A stretch of DNA of 56,131 nt, taken from NCBI GenBank assembly GCA_964342815.1, contig CAYFHS010000014.1:1-56131 (forward strand), read 5' to 3'. Below, in pieces: positions 37,016 through 46,487 of the stretch; positions within the stretch are counted from its first letter, which is position 1, and every line of letters starts with the position of its first letter. The translations under genes and the position numbers were made by a program. Origin of the DNA: an uncultured archaeon (GTDB taxonomy: Archaea > Thermoplasmatota > Penumbrarchaeia > JASLWR01). Below the pieces are notes generated by a model. The model made no database searches, was not told the origin of the DNA, and saw nothing but the letters and a program-made list of their open reading frames with translations.

Positions 37016-38974
37016 TTATCGGAAATCACGGTCACCCGAAGGAACATTACCGGGGATACTTTCGATCGCCACCAGATATTTTATAGCGTCACTTTCTGGA
37101 GACTTTGTAGCGTTAAATGTCAACAGGAGAGGAATGGGGTTCTGGTCTTTGAAAAGTAAGGTCCCTTCTAACGATGTATTTTCTTCATTCTGGGGGGAGA
37201 ATCTCTCAATGATGTCTCCTTTGAGTTGGCGGTCACCCAATAAGATATAATCCCTGATCTTACCGCCCACCATGGATTCCCCCCGATAATTTAGTAGTTT
37301 CAGAGCCTGATTATTCACATTTATTATGATACCATTCAAGTCAACTTCGAACAGGAAATCCGTAACTAAGGTCCCAGATATAATTCCTGGGAGCCCAGTT
37401 CCCACAGAGATTTCTCCTCCGGTAGTTCCATCCGGTTCCTCTTTTGAAACAGTTTTTTCGCTCATAGCTTCCGAAACCACCAGCAAATACCCTATCAAGG
37501 TGTCGTCACGGTCCTTTATGGAACAGACATTGAGTTCCACTTGAAGAGCAGTACCATCCAATCGCTGGAATACTGAACTAAAATCTCTGTTCCCTTCATC
37601 CTCATCCAATTCTTCGAATATCTTCACTGCAGCATTTCGATTCGTATCGGAAAAGAGATCGAATACAAGCCGGTTGACCAATTCGTCCAAAGAGCAGTCC
37701 AGCATTGAAAGTACCTTTTCGTTCAGGAATATCATCTGCCCGAATTCATCTGTGGCGATTGCCCCATCCCTTATTGACGACAGCATTGTTTTCACAAATG
37801 AATATTCAGAGATCAATCGGCCCCCCTGGAGGAGCTTCACTTCATCCGTTACCACTTCGGTCATATCCCTAATTACGGCAATAATTCCATTCACGTTCCC
37901 CTGGTCGTCCTCCATTAGAGTAGCGTCGAAACTCACAGGAAAAACCTCTCCGTCCTTCCTTATGAACCGGGTCTCGTAATCCACAATTGATTTTTTCTCC
38001 AAGATATTTTCGAAGATGCTGTCCAGAAATTCCCGAGAATCGGGAGCGAAATAATCTCTCAATGGTATCTCGTTCGCTTCAGTGGCTGAATAGCCCGTCA
38101 TAATTAGAAAGGCATTGTTGAAATCGGTCAGTTTACCGCTTTCGTCCATAGCAATAATACCTTCCCTGATCAACGAGATTATTGAATTTGCTGGATTCTC
38201 TTTTACTTTTTCATCTTCTACCTCATCTGGCCCCTGGTCATGGATATTAAAGGAAATTGATCCTTGCGATATATTATCAAGGGATGTGACGGGTAATTTA
38301 TAAAGAGAATCTCTTTTTAAACCAACTCTGGCAAGCGTTCTTACAGAATCTTCTCCACCAGCCCTTTGCATGACCCGGAACTCAGCCGGTACCTCCGGTC
38401 CTTCGGGGAGCGGGACACTATTGCCGATCTCTTCCGCTTTTATGTCCTGTATCAGGTCCTGGACCATTCCTTCATCAGGTTTGTAACGGACCGGTTCCAC
38501 CGAATATGTAGCCATGGTCGTAAACCGGCCATCTGTATCCAAGGTGAATATTATCTCATTCAAATGGTCCACCAGTTCTCGGTAGCGTTCTTCTGAGTCT
38601 TCCACAAACCGATTTATACTGTTTCTCTCATTGAGTCCCTTTTGTATCGCAAGGCAGTATACCAGTTCTTTTCTAGCGTCCCTTACTGCAAAGACACCCA
38701 TGCTTTCTGAAAAAAACTCACCGTTCTTTTTCTCAAAGGGGAGCTCGGCAAACCATTCCAGAGACTCATTGCTCTTGTTAAGGATCTTCTCAACGATATC
38801 ATAGGAGTCACGGGGGAATAAAAGGTTCAATTTGGTCCCGATCATTTCGCTTCTTTCATAACCGAAAAGGTGGAGAAAGGTCCTGGTAGCATCAACGATT
38901 TCCATTTCGGGAGTGATAATGCACGAAGGTTCGAAGAATTTAATATACATTCTTTTATACAAGTCGACATCCAT
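37016..38974 (-). CDS. Multi-PAS protein (about five PAS domains, one degenerate), with no recognisable output domain
   Basis: Repeated I..D..G.I...N......GY....G and RKDG..FPV......D..G.......D patterns; no H-box or HATPase motifs. Confidence 0.8.
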   Translation of the reverse strand: MDVDLYKRMYIKFFEPSCIITPEMEIVDATRTFLHLFGYERSEMIGTKLNLLFPRDSYDIVEKILNKSNESLEWFAELPFEKKNGEFFSESMGVFAVRDARKELVYCLAIQKGLNERNSINRFVEDSEERYRELVDHLNEIIFTLDTDGRFTTMATYSVEPVRYKPDEGMVQDLIQDIKAEEIGNSVPLPEGPEVPAEFRVMQRAGGEDSVRTLARVGLKRDSLYKLPVTSLDNISQGSISFNIHDQGPDEVEDEKVKENPANSIISLIREGIIAMDESGKLTDFNNAFLIMTGYSATEANEIPLRDYFAPDSREFLDSIFENILEKKSIVDYETRFIRKDGEVFPVSFDATLMEDDQGNVNGIIAVIRDMTEVVTDEVKLLQGGRLISEYSFVKTMLSSIRDGAIATDEFGQMIFLNEKVLSMLDCSLDELVNRLVFDLFSDTNRNAAVKIFEELDEDEGNRDFSSVFQRLDGTALQVELNVCSIKDRDDTLIGYLLVVSEAMSEKTVSKEEPDGTTGGEISVGTGLPGIISGTLVTDFLFEVDLNGIIINVNNQALKLLNYRGESMVGGKIRDYILLGDRQLKGDIIERFSPQNEENTSLEGTLLFKDQNPIPLLLTFNATKSPESDAIKYLVAIESIPGNVPSGDRDFR

Positions 38975-38980
38975 ACCACT

Positions 38981-40165
38981 TCACCCTTCTTTACGACCGT
39001 CTGTTCGTACTTTAAAAACCGATAAGAGCAGCAGTATCACGGTAAGGATTACGAAAATCCCCGCCAGACCAAAACCCGGAGATTCCTTCTCCGACTCCAC
39101 CAGGGGGATTGTGTCGGTCTCCTTTACTATCTCTGAACTTACAAGCATATTTTCATCTGAATCAATTGTCGTTATTCGGTAGTGAAATGTAGTTCCCGGA
39201 GAATATGAAACCGGGGCGACAGTATAGACTTTCTCGCCTTTTTGCATGGTTTTTACCTGATGTTCATCGTCAGCTAACCAGTATTCAACCCTGACCGATG
39301 AGCCGCTGCCGCTGAGATCAGAATCGGAGAAAAATTCTACAGACAGCGTTGGTTCCACATCTCCACCCTTAATTTTTCTCTCCACTTTGGTTTTCTTAAT
39401 GCCCGCTAACGTATTTTTCAGCTTGTTTTTCGATTCCAATGAGTAGTCCATTGGAAACTTCCCTTTTATCTCGTCGATGAAACTGGTGGAATCAACTGAT
39501 GAGTGCATCACATATCTTTCATCACTGGAATCGGCAAGGCGCATAAGATGCCCCATTTCATGTAGAAGAACTGCTCGTTCAATATCCCGGTGCTCATCAA
39601 TTTCCAAATGGTTTGGAAGAAGATCCAAATCAATATCGTCGATAACCTCTTTGAAGACCGCAATGGAAGAGGAGGAGAATGCCAAAGCAAGAGTACCTGG
39701 ATCTGCCGCGTAAGTACCATTCAGGTAGAGTATATATATGGAAAAGACCTCGGCAGTAATCTCGAATGTCCGGTAAAGGGATTCGTATTCTTTAATATCG
39801 GCCAGTGAATGTTCGGATTTTGAATGTGGAAGGGCGAATACGTCATCGGTCTTGAAAGGCTCCACATAAGTCCTTTTCGAGTATATGTTAAAAATATCCG
39901 TCACCGCGTCCAGGGGCTCTAATGAATCAGATTTTGTAAAATCGGGTTCTACAGCTATCATCCAATCGATCTCGATCCACATCTTGGGATGATTTGCTGG
40001 ATTCAATATATCATAAGCCAGCTCGCCTACTTTCAGTTTCCCCCTCTCAAGAGGCCGATCCTCGAAAATACAACCCATGCTGGAGAAGAACAGAATAACT
40101 AATATAACCATAAGAACATGCGTTTCTTTCCGCTGCGTTTTGAAAATTGCTGATATTCGTAGCAC
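38981..40165 (-). CDS. Zincin-like metalloprotease with an N-terminal lipobox-like Cys and a C-terminal PGF-CTERM-like anchor
   Basis: ILVILFFSSMGC; LLHEMGHLMRL (HExxH); ESPGF followed by a TM segment and basic residues. Confidence 0.7.
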   Translation of the reverse strand: MLRISAIFKTQRKETHVLMVILVILFFSSMGCIFEDRPLERGKLKVGELAYDILNPANHPKMWIEIDWMIAVEPDFTKSDSLEPLDAVTDIFNIYSKRTYVEPFKTDDVFALPHSKSEHSLADIKEYESLYRTFEITAEVFSIYILYLNGTYAADPGTLALAFSSSSIAVFKEVIDDIDLDLLPNHLEIDEHRDIERAVLLHEMGHLMRLADSSDERYVMHSSVDSTSFIDEIKGKFPMDYSLESKNKLKNTLAGIKKTKVERKIKGGDVEPTLSVEFFSDSDLSGSGSSVRVEYWLADDEHQVKTMQKGEKVYTVAPVSYSPGTTFHYRITTIDSDENMLVSSEIVKETDTIPLVESEKESPGFGLAGIFVILTVILLLLSVFKVRTDGRKEG

Positions 40166-40262
40166 GTAATACCATATTCATACAATGATAGAAAAATGTT
40201 TCGAAAGGTATTTGTTCCATGTAGGATTAATCCAAGAAAAGCGTTTTTAAAAAGGTGTTCTA

Positions 40263-40646
40263 TTGAAAGAAGCGATGGAAGAAAAAATAATAAGCGAATT
40301 TATTGTCGAAGGTGGTGATCCAGTAAATCAAATTGTGAACCTGAAGAATCTGATAAAGGATTTCACCGCAAGGAGAAACTGGGAGCCATATCATAATCCA
40401 AAAGACCTTGCCCTTTCTATATCCATAGAGGCAGCCGAGCTTTTGGAGGTGATGCAGTGGAGGGAACACAAAATCGATAAGCTTCTCGCTTACCCGGATT
40501 TTCTTCCTAGGGTGGAAGAGGAACTGGCCGACGTTATCATATACTGCATCTCTCTTGCAAACGTGCTGGACATGGACATATCGGAAATTGTCAGGAAAAA
40601 GGTGAACAACAACGAGGAAAAGTACCCCGTGGGAAAAATACTTTGA
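40263..40646 (+). CDS. MazG-like nucleotide pyrophosphohydrolase (dCTP-pyrophosphatase-like)
   Basis: RNWEPYHNPKDLALSISIEAAELLE...EELADVIIY...NEEKYP. Confidence 0.9.
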   Translation: MKEAMEEKIISEFIVEGGDPVNQIVNLKNLIKDFTARRNWEPYHNPKDLALSISIEAAELLEVMQWREHKIDKLLAYPDFLPRVEEELADVIIYCISLANVLDMDISEIVRKKVNNNEEKYPVGKIL

Positions 40647-40651
40647 CTTTA

Positions 40652-42013
40652 TTAACTTCCTGTAATCCTTAAATTATTTATTCTCAGAGAGGGAAAAGCC
40701 GCCGATGCCGAGCCCATACCCCCACTCATTTTTTTTATATCGGGTCCAATGCAGTTTATACCCCTGAGAAGCTCAAGTGCGTTACCGCTTATCATGGCTG
40801 AGCCTATGGGATTTATTATCTCTCCTTTGTCCACATAAAAAAGCTGAGACGAATTGACGGAGAAATCCCCAGATACCCTATTGGCTGTATGGGCGCCGAG
40901 GACATCATAAACCACGATTCCGCGATCCATCTCCCCTATCATCAGATCCAATTCTTTTTCCTCATCACCCCGTACGATTATGTTCCTCGCAGATGTTGCA
41001 GGTGGACTTTTAAACGAACGACTTCCACCCATTCCTTCCGCCCTTATACCTGAAGAAGTTTCATCCATACCGTATTTCTGGGCTGAAAAACAGTCAAACA
41101 GTAGTCGGGTTGCAACACCGTTTTCTATAAGCGGGACTGTAACAGAAGGAACTCCCTCATCATCGGAGGCAGAGGATGAAAGGCCTCCTTCCATCAATGG
41201 AAAATCATAAAGTGAGAATTCTTCCGGTGCTATTTTTTCGCCGATCTTACCGTGAAGATAGGTTTTGCCTTCCAAGGTATCGCCGCCGTTGAAAGCGGGT
41301 ATCACCACGTTTTCGAAGATTTCCCATGCGGCCTCATTTATGAAGAGGACCTCCATCTCTCCGCTTGGTCCGTCCTTTGCATTCTGGCCGGCGATAGCAA
41401 GATCCGCGGCCTCGGTACCGATAAGCTCACTGTTAATATCAAAGATCGTGGATTCCATGGAAGAACTACCGGTGGATATACCCCTCCCCTCCAGCATGCA
41501 CGATATGGAGGCAGAGAGGCCGGTCCCTCTTTCCTCAAATGCGACACCACCCGAGTTAGCAATAAATACTCTCTCAACACCGAAACCAACACCACCACGG
41601 GTCACCAGTGCTGAAGGTGCTCGGTCCTGAAGAGCACACATCATCTGATCAATTATTTCCATCAGGTCCGTGACCTCCATTTCCTCCACTCTTCCGTCAT
41701 ACAGACCGCTTACTTTGGGATAATAGCTTGCCGCATCTGGAAAATGGCGATCCAGTTTTGGGGAAATTCTGGATAACGACAACGCGTTCTTGATAATTGA
41801 GGGAATATCGTCAAAGGAGCTGGAATAGGCAAAACCCACCCGCCCTTCTTTGAGGAGCCGTAATCCAAAACCTACGTCAGTTCCCCCAGTTGCTTGCTTT
41901 AATTCATTACCCTCAATGGACACTCCACACCCCCTGCCCCACTGAATAAAGCACTCGCTTTCGTCCGCTCCGGCATACTCGGCAAGTCGGATCATCTTTT
42001 CAGCAATATCCAT
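40652..42013 (-). CDS. pmbA: TldD/PmbA-family protein, PmbA (TldE)-like, no HExxxH
   Basis: GFGLRLLKEGRVGFAY, DDEGVP, SGDFSV and AMISGN. Start is ATG 42013 or 42091. Confidence 0.85.
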   Translation of the reverse strand: MDIAEKMIRLAEYAGADESECFIQWGRGCGVSIEGNELKQATGGTDVGFGLRLLKEGRVGFAYSSSFDDIPSIIKNALSLSRISPKLDRHFPDAASYYPKVSGLYDGRVEEMEVTDLMEIIDQMMCALQDRAPSALVTRGGVGFGVERVFIANSGGVAFEERGTGLSASISCMLEGRGISTGSSSMESTIFDINSELIGTEAADLAIAGQNAKDGPSGEMEVLFINEAAWEIFENVVIPAFNGGDTLEGKTYLHGKIGEKIAPEEFSLYDFPLMEGGLSSSASDDEGVPSVTVPLIENGVATRLLFDCFSAQKYGMDETSSGIRAEGMGGSRSFKSPPATSARNIIVRGDEEKELDLMIGEMDRGIVVYDVLGAHTANRVSGDFSVNSSQLFYVDKGEIINPIGSAMISGNALELLRGINCIGPDIKKMSGGMGSASAAFPSLRINNLRITGS

Positions 42014-42091
42014 ATGCTCTTCAATACAACTTGAATTCACATTATCCGCCACAGCTACGGGACAAAGCTGCAAATTCCTACGGTGAAACAT

Positions 42092-43465
42092 TCATCTCCC
42101 TCCTACCACGGCATCACGTATTCGAATATGTGGGCCTCCGTCGCATACCGAAACAAGCTGCCCTTTGCCGCAAAAGCCAGGCGAGCCTAGTCGAAAATCA
42201 TTAGCGAGGGCATCAATGTTTTTCAATGTATCTAATGTGGAGCCTGAAAGGGAAACGTCCTTAAACGGAGAGGTGAGTTTCCCCTTTTCAATGAGATATC
42301 CTTCAGCTGCGTTGAACTGGAACATGCCTTTTGCCGTGTCCACCTGCCCACCTCTTGTGCCCATTAGATAGACGCCATAATGAATGTCTTCAATGAGTTC
42401 CTCAAAAGACATCTCACCGTTACCGATCATGGTATTGCTCATTCTCACCAGAGGTGGAGATCCAGCAGATTGGGATCTCGCAGAACCATTTGATACATCA
42501 TCCATCTCTCCGCTAGTCTCCCTGCTGTGGAGAAATCCCATCAGAATTCCTCCTTCGATCAGCATCTTCTTCCTTGCTTTTACCCCCTCGTCATCATAGG
42601 GAAAACTACCAAAACCTCCGGGAATAGAGGGATCGTCAAATATGGTAACAAAGTCGCTTCCGATCTTGTTACCGATTTCACCCTTCAATATGGAATCCCC
42701 TGACAAAACCAGGTCCGCTTCAGTGGCATGGCCCACCGCTTCATGTGCGAAAACTCCTGCAAGATCAGGGTCCGCGATAACTGTGTACTTGCCCGAGGGC
42801 GCGGAACGTGCCCCAAGAAGCCTGATGGTACTAAGCGCTGCTTCCTCGGCTTTTTCCATGAGAATATCCCCATCCAGAATCTCGTATCCAGCAGCCCCGC
42901 CGAGACGCATCCGATATCCTACGACATCGGTCCCGTCCCTTGCGGTCAAAGACGCTCTCACTAAAACGCTGGACTCGTAAAACGAGAGCTCACTTCCCTC
43001 GCTGGAGTAGAAATGATTCTTCACAACTCCGTCGTCAAGTCCCACTTCAACCGAGTTTATTTCGGTATAATCGTTAAATGTGGCCATCAGGTCCTCCAGA
43101 AGTTCCACCTTCCATAGCAGGTCAACCTCACGGGGATCCCGGGTGACCCTTAACGGAAGACTGTCTTTAACCACCGGGCAAGGCGCCAATTTCACTTTAC
43201 CTTTTTTTCGTGATGCCAGCGTCCGTGCCAATTTCACCGCCCTTTCAACGCCCCGTGATAGGCTCATTTTCCCGTCTACCGCGTAAAAACCCCAGTTTCC
43301 CCCGTATAGAACTCTTATTCCAGCACCACGGTCGCCACCTGAAATGGCCTTGTACAGCTCACCGTCCCTGTATGATAGCGTGGTGCCGCCGCCCTGGACC
43401 GTGCGAATATCACAATAGGACGCCCCCAAGTGCTGCGCTTTTCTAATTGCTCCGTCTATATTCAT
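42092..43465 (-). CDS. tldD: TldD metalloprotease
   Basis: GVFAHEAVGHATEAD (HExxxH), YDDEG, RMSNT, GGQVD and FCGKGQ. Confidence 0.92.
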   Translation of the reverse strand: MNIDGAIRKAQHLGASYCDIRTVQGGGTTLSYRDGELYKAISGGDRGAGIRVLYGGNWGFYAVDGKMSLSRGVERAVKLARTLASRKKGKVKLAPCPVVKDSLPLRVTRDPREVDLLWKVELLEDLMATFNDYTEINSVEVGLDDGVVKNHFYSSEGSELSFYESSVLVRASLTARDGTDVVGYRMRLGGAAGYEILDGDILMEKAEEAALSTIRLLGARSAPSGKYTVIADPDLAGVFAHEAVGHATEADLVLSGDSILKGEIGNKIGSDFVTIFDDPSIPGGFGSFPYDDEGVKARKKMLIEGGILMGFLHSRETSGEMDDVSNGSARSQSAGSPPLVRMSNTMIGNGEMSFEELIEDIHYGVYLMGTRGGQVDTAKGMFQFNAAEGYLIEKGKLTSPFKDVSLSGSTLDTLKNIDALANDFRLGSPGFCGKGQLVSVCDGGPHIRIRDAVVGGR

Positions 43466-43699
43466 TTGACCACGAGTAAAATGGATAAATTTAAGTCCCT
43501 CAAGGAATGGCAGAATTCAGATATATGTATATTGGCAGGGTTTAACAAAGGTAGGAACCGGGATGTGGTTCATTATAAAATAAGGATTTTCATCATTTCC
43601 GATTAAATCCATGGGGATTATTATTACCACATATAAATTATAATACGATTAAATCTATTTAACACCTAATATAATCAGGTGATATATCGAGTTGATTTT

Positions 43700-45178
43700 A
43701 TGCTGGAGTTCAAGGAGATACACGTACTGGACCGCAACAGCGAGTTTTTTGGTGTTCCAACAAGTGAATTGATGGAGAATGCGGGAATGGGGGCCGCCGA
43801 AGCAATAGGCGAAAGGAACGAATTGAAAGGCAAGAAAGTATGCATTCTGGCGGGGAAGGGAAATAACGGTGGAGATGGCATTGTACTTGCCAGACATCTT
43901 CACAAGATGTGTAAGGTTACATTGGTCCTCGCTTATCCCGTAGACCAGGGTTCCGAGCTGAGTCGATTGAACTATGAAAAGGTCCCAAAAAAAGTGAGCA
44001 CGGCCGTTTCCCCGGAAAAAGAAAAAGTAAGGTCGATCATCTATGAGAGCGATATCGTGGTGGATGCGCTGTTGGGCATTGGAGCGGCTTCAGAACCCAG
44101 GGAGCCCATAAAGGGTATGATTGAAATCCTGAATTCAATTAAAGAAGGGAACGGAGGAGTGAAACCAAAGGTGGTCTCGCTGGATGTTGCCACCGGGATC
44201 GGCACGGAAACAGCGGTCCGCCCGGATTTGACAGTCACATTTCATGACACGAAAAATGGTATGATCCCGGAAAACTCAGGGGAGATCGTGGTTAAAGATA
44301 TAGGCATTCCTGAAGAGGCCGGAACACACGTCGGACCCGGTGAGTTTACCTATTATCCTAGCAACACTCCCACTTCCCATAAAGGCGACAATGGGGTTGT
44401 AATGTTGGTGGGCGGCGGACCTTATGTCGGGGCGCCAGTGTTGGCCTCATTGGCAGCCATCAGGAGCGGGGCCGATCTCGTTCACCTCTTTGTCCCCCGC
44501 TATATTTATCATCCGGCAACATCATTCTCTCCTGATCTCATCGTCCACCCCATGGGTAAGTTTGAGGATTCGGACTATTTCGATACCGATTCAGTACAGG
44601 AATGCATTGAATTCTCCAAGAAATGCGATTCAGTGGTCATCGGTCCGGGACTTGGCCGACACGAGGAGACCTGGAAAGCTGTTGGCAGGTTGATCAGCGG
44701 AGTCAAAAAACCTCTTGTGGTGGATGCGGATGCATTATATTTATTAAAGCATAGGACGAATATTTTGTGGCACAGGGAAACTATCCTGACTCCTCACATG
44801 GGTGAGTTCATGAGACTGTTCGATCTAAAGGTACTCCCAAAGAATTTCAATGATCTGGTCAACATGGTTCAGAGAAAGGCAGGTTTGATCAACACCACCA
44901 TTCTACTGAAGGGGCGGATGGACATAATCACCGATGGAAATGATATACGGTTTAACGAGACCGGACACCCTGCCATGACAACGGGAGGTACAGGTGATGT
45001 GCTGAGCGGAATCCTGGGGGCTCTCCTGGCCAGGGGAATGTCCACATTCCACGCAGCGCGGCTGGGTGCATTCATTTCAGGGAATGCAGGTGAGCGGGCG
45101 TCAAAAGAGAAAAGTTTCGGACTGGCTGCATCTGATGTAGTGGAGAAAATACCCGAACTTCTGGTAGAGTACGTCTGA
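43700..45178 (+). CDS. nnr: Bifunctional NAD(P)H-hydrate epimerase/dehydratase (NnrE-NnrD)
   Basis: LMENAG, GKGNNGGDG, VDALLGIG, HKGDNG, VVDADAL, LTPHMGEF and GGTGDVLSG. Start set at ATG 43700. Confidence 0.93.
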   Translation: MLEFKEIHVLDRNSEFFGVPTSELMENAGMGAAEAIGERNELKGKKVCILAGKGNNGGDGIVLARHLHKMCKVTLVLAYPVDQGSELSRLNYEKVPKKVSTAVSPEKEKVRSIIYESDIVVDALLGIGAASEPREPIKGMIEILNSIKEGNGGVKPKVVSLDVATGIGTETAVRPDLTVTFHDTKNGMIPENSGEIVVKDIGIPEEAGTHVGPGEFTYYPSNTPTSHKGDNGVVMLVGGGPYVGAPVLASLAAIRSGADLVHLFVPRYIYHPATSFSPDLIVHPMGKFEDSDYFDTDSVQECIEFSKKCDSVVIGPGLGRHEETWKAVGRLISGVKKPLVVDADALYLLKHRTNILWHRETILTPHMGEFMRLFDLKVLPKNFNDLVNMVQRKAGLINTTILLKGRMDIITDGNDIRFNETGHPAMTTGGTGDVLSGILGALLARGMSTFHAARLGAFISGNAGERASKEKSFGLAASDVVEKIPELLVEYV

Positions 45179-45188
45179 TGAACCCTGA

Positions 45189-46340
45189 TCAAATAAACCC
45201 TCCGAGAGATGGGAAGTCCAGGTAATCCATGTCATAGGCAATGATACCCTCTTGGGCGATCTCCGCGGAGATCACACTCTGGTTCGAAAAAGATGCAATA
45301 AGAGAAGTCCTCCACCAATGGTCCAGAAGAATGGTTCCAAGAGTACCCAAGTAATACCTAATAATGTTCTTTTCCCGACGGTCCTTCCTCCCCTCCACTT
45401 TAATTAGATATGCGGCGTAACCGTATGTCAAGTCCCGCCGGATAATTTTTACGGCGTACTCAGTCATTATCTTGGCGGCATCCGGGTCGAAATCCCTCAA
45501 TCCAACTTTCTTTACCTTTATCCGGCGGCAAAGCTCTAGAGTTCCATCATCGGTCATCCTGCTCATATCTATATATCCATCATCGATTCTTGCGGTTATC
45601 CAGCGAAGATTCTCGTCGGTCCAAACAGGCAATTCGGTTAGTTTTCTCCCGGAGAAGGTGTCCATGGCACCGGCTATAGCCGCCTCATTTAGCTCAACGG
45701 GAGCGAGAGCTTCGAGAATTTTTTTCACCTTGGTTGGATTCTCCGATATCAGATCCTCCCTTGAAGCAGCTGTTATGATCCTTGCAATAAAATCTTTGTA
45801 CCCGAAGACACTTATAAGTTCCTCAGATAATTGTTGAAGGTCACTTCTTTGGGGTTTTATTTTACTCCTAAGATAATTTACAGGGAATTCACGATATAGA
45901 TTTCCCATATCGTTCGCGAGTTTCCGTAGGTCGAAAAGATCGGCCAGAGAGAGTACAGTATCCGCAAGTACCTTTCCGGAGATTCCGGCTTCACGCTTGT
46001 TCAGCCCTCTGCATGAAAGATTTGCCACCACTTGCACCCGATCACCTACGTGAACCTGCACCGGAAATAGCCTGCAGTACAGTGGCCTCGAATCGTAGAT
46101 CGTGCATCTTCGGTCCTGTAAAAAAAAACAAGAACCGCTGTCGTTCTTTAGTTTTAAAAAAAGATTATTCGTACTCATACCGAAAATACTTACATTACAC
46201 ACACCCCGTTCAAGTACGGGGTCATCTGAGAATCTCCTGTTCTCTTCTCCAACCAGCTCCGCTTGACATAAGCAGCAGAGTGCGCAGCCATGGAGGCAGT
46301 CCAGCCACAGATTATCCAGTTCAGCAGTATCGATCTCCAC
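45189..46340 (-). CDS. YkgJ-family cysteine-cluster protein with a long uncharacterised C-terminal region
   Basis: CLHGCALCCLC...CFFLQDRRCTIYDSRPLYCRLFP. Confidence 0.8.
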   Translation of the reverse strand: MEIDTAELDNLWLDCLHGCALCCLCQAELVGEENRRFSDDPVLERGVCNVSIFGMSTNNLFLKLKNDSGSCFFLQDRRCTIYDSRPLYCRLFPVQVHVGDRVQVVANLSCRGLNKREAGISGKVLADTVLSLADLFDLRKLANDMGNLYREFPVNYLRSKIKPQRSDLQQLSEELISVFGYKDFIARIITAASREDLISENPTKVKKILEALAPVELNEAAIAGAMDTFSGRKLTELPVWTDENLRWITARIDDGYIDMSRMTDDGTLELCRRIKVKKVGLRDFDPDAAKIMTEYAVKIIRRDLTYGYAAYLIKVEGRKDRREKNIIRYYLGTLGTILLDHWWRTSLIASFSNQSVISAEIAQEGIIAYDMDYLDFPSLGGFI

Positions 46341-46487
46341 CAGGGGGAAATTTTATTTATTCTATTTAACGGCATGGTTGAAACAATTGGAATATATATC
46401 GAGGTAAGAGGGAAAAAACTATATCGGAAAGAACTGTTTCGGCTTCACTCAGGGAACGGGCTGTTGAAAAACTAATACCAATTATAT

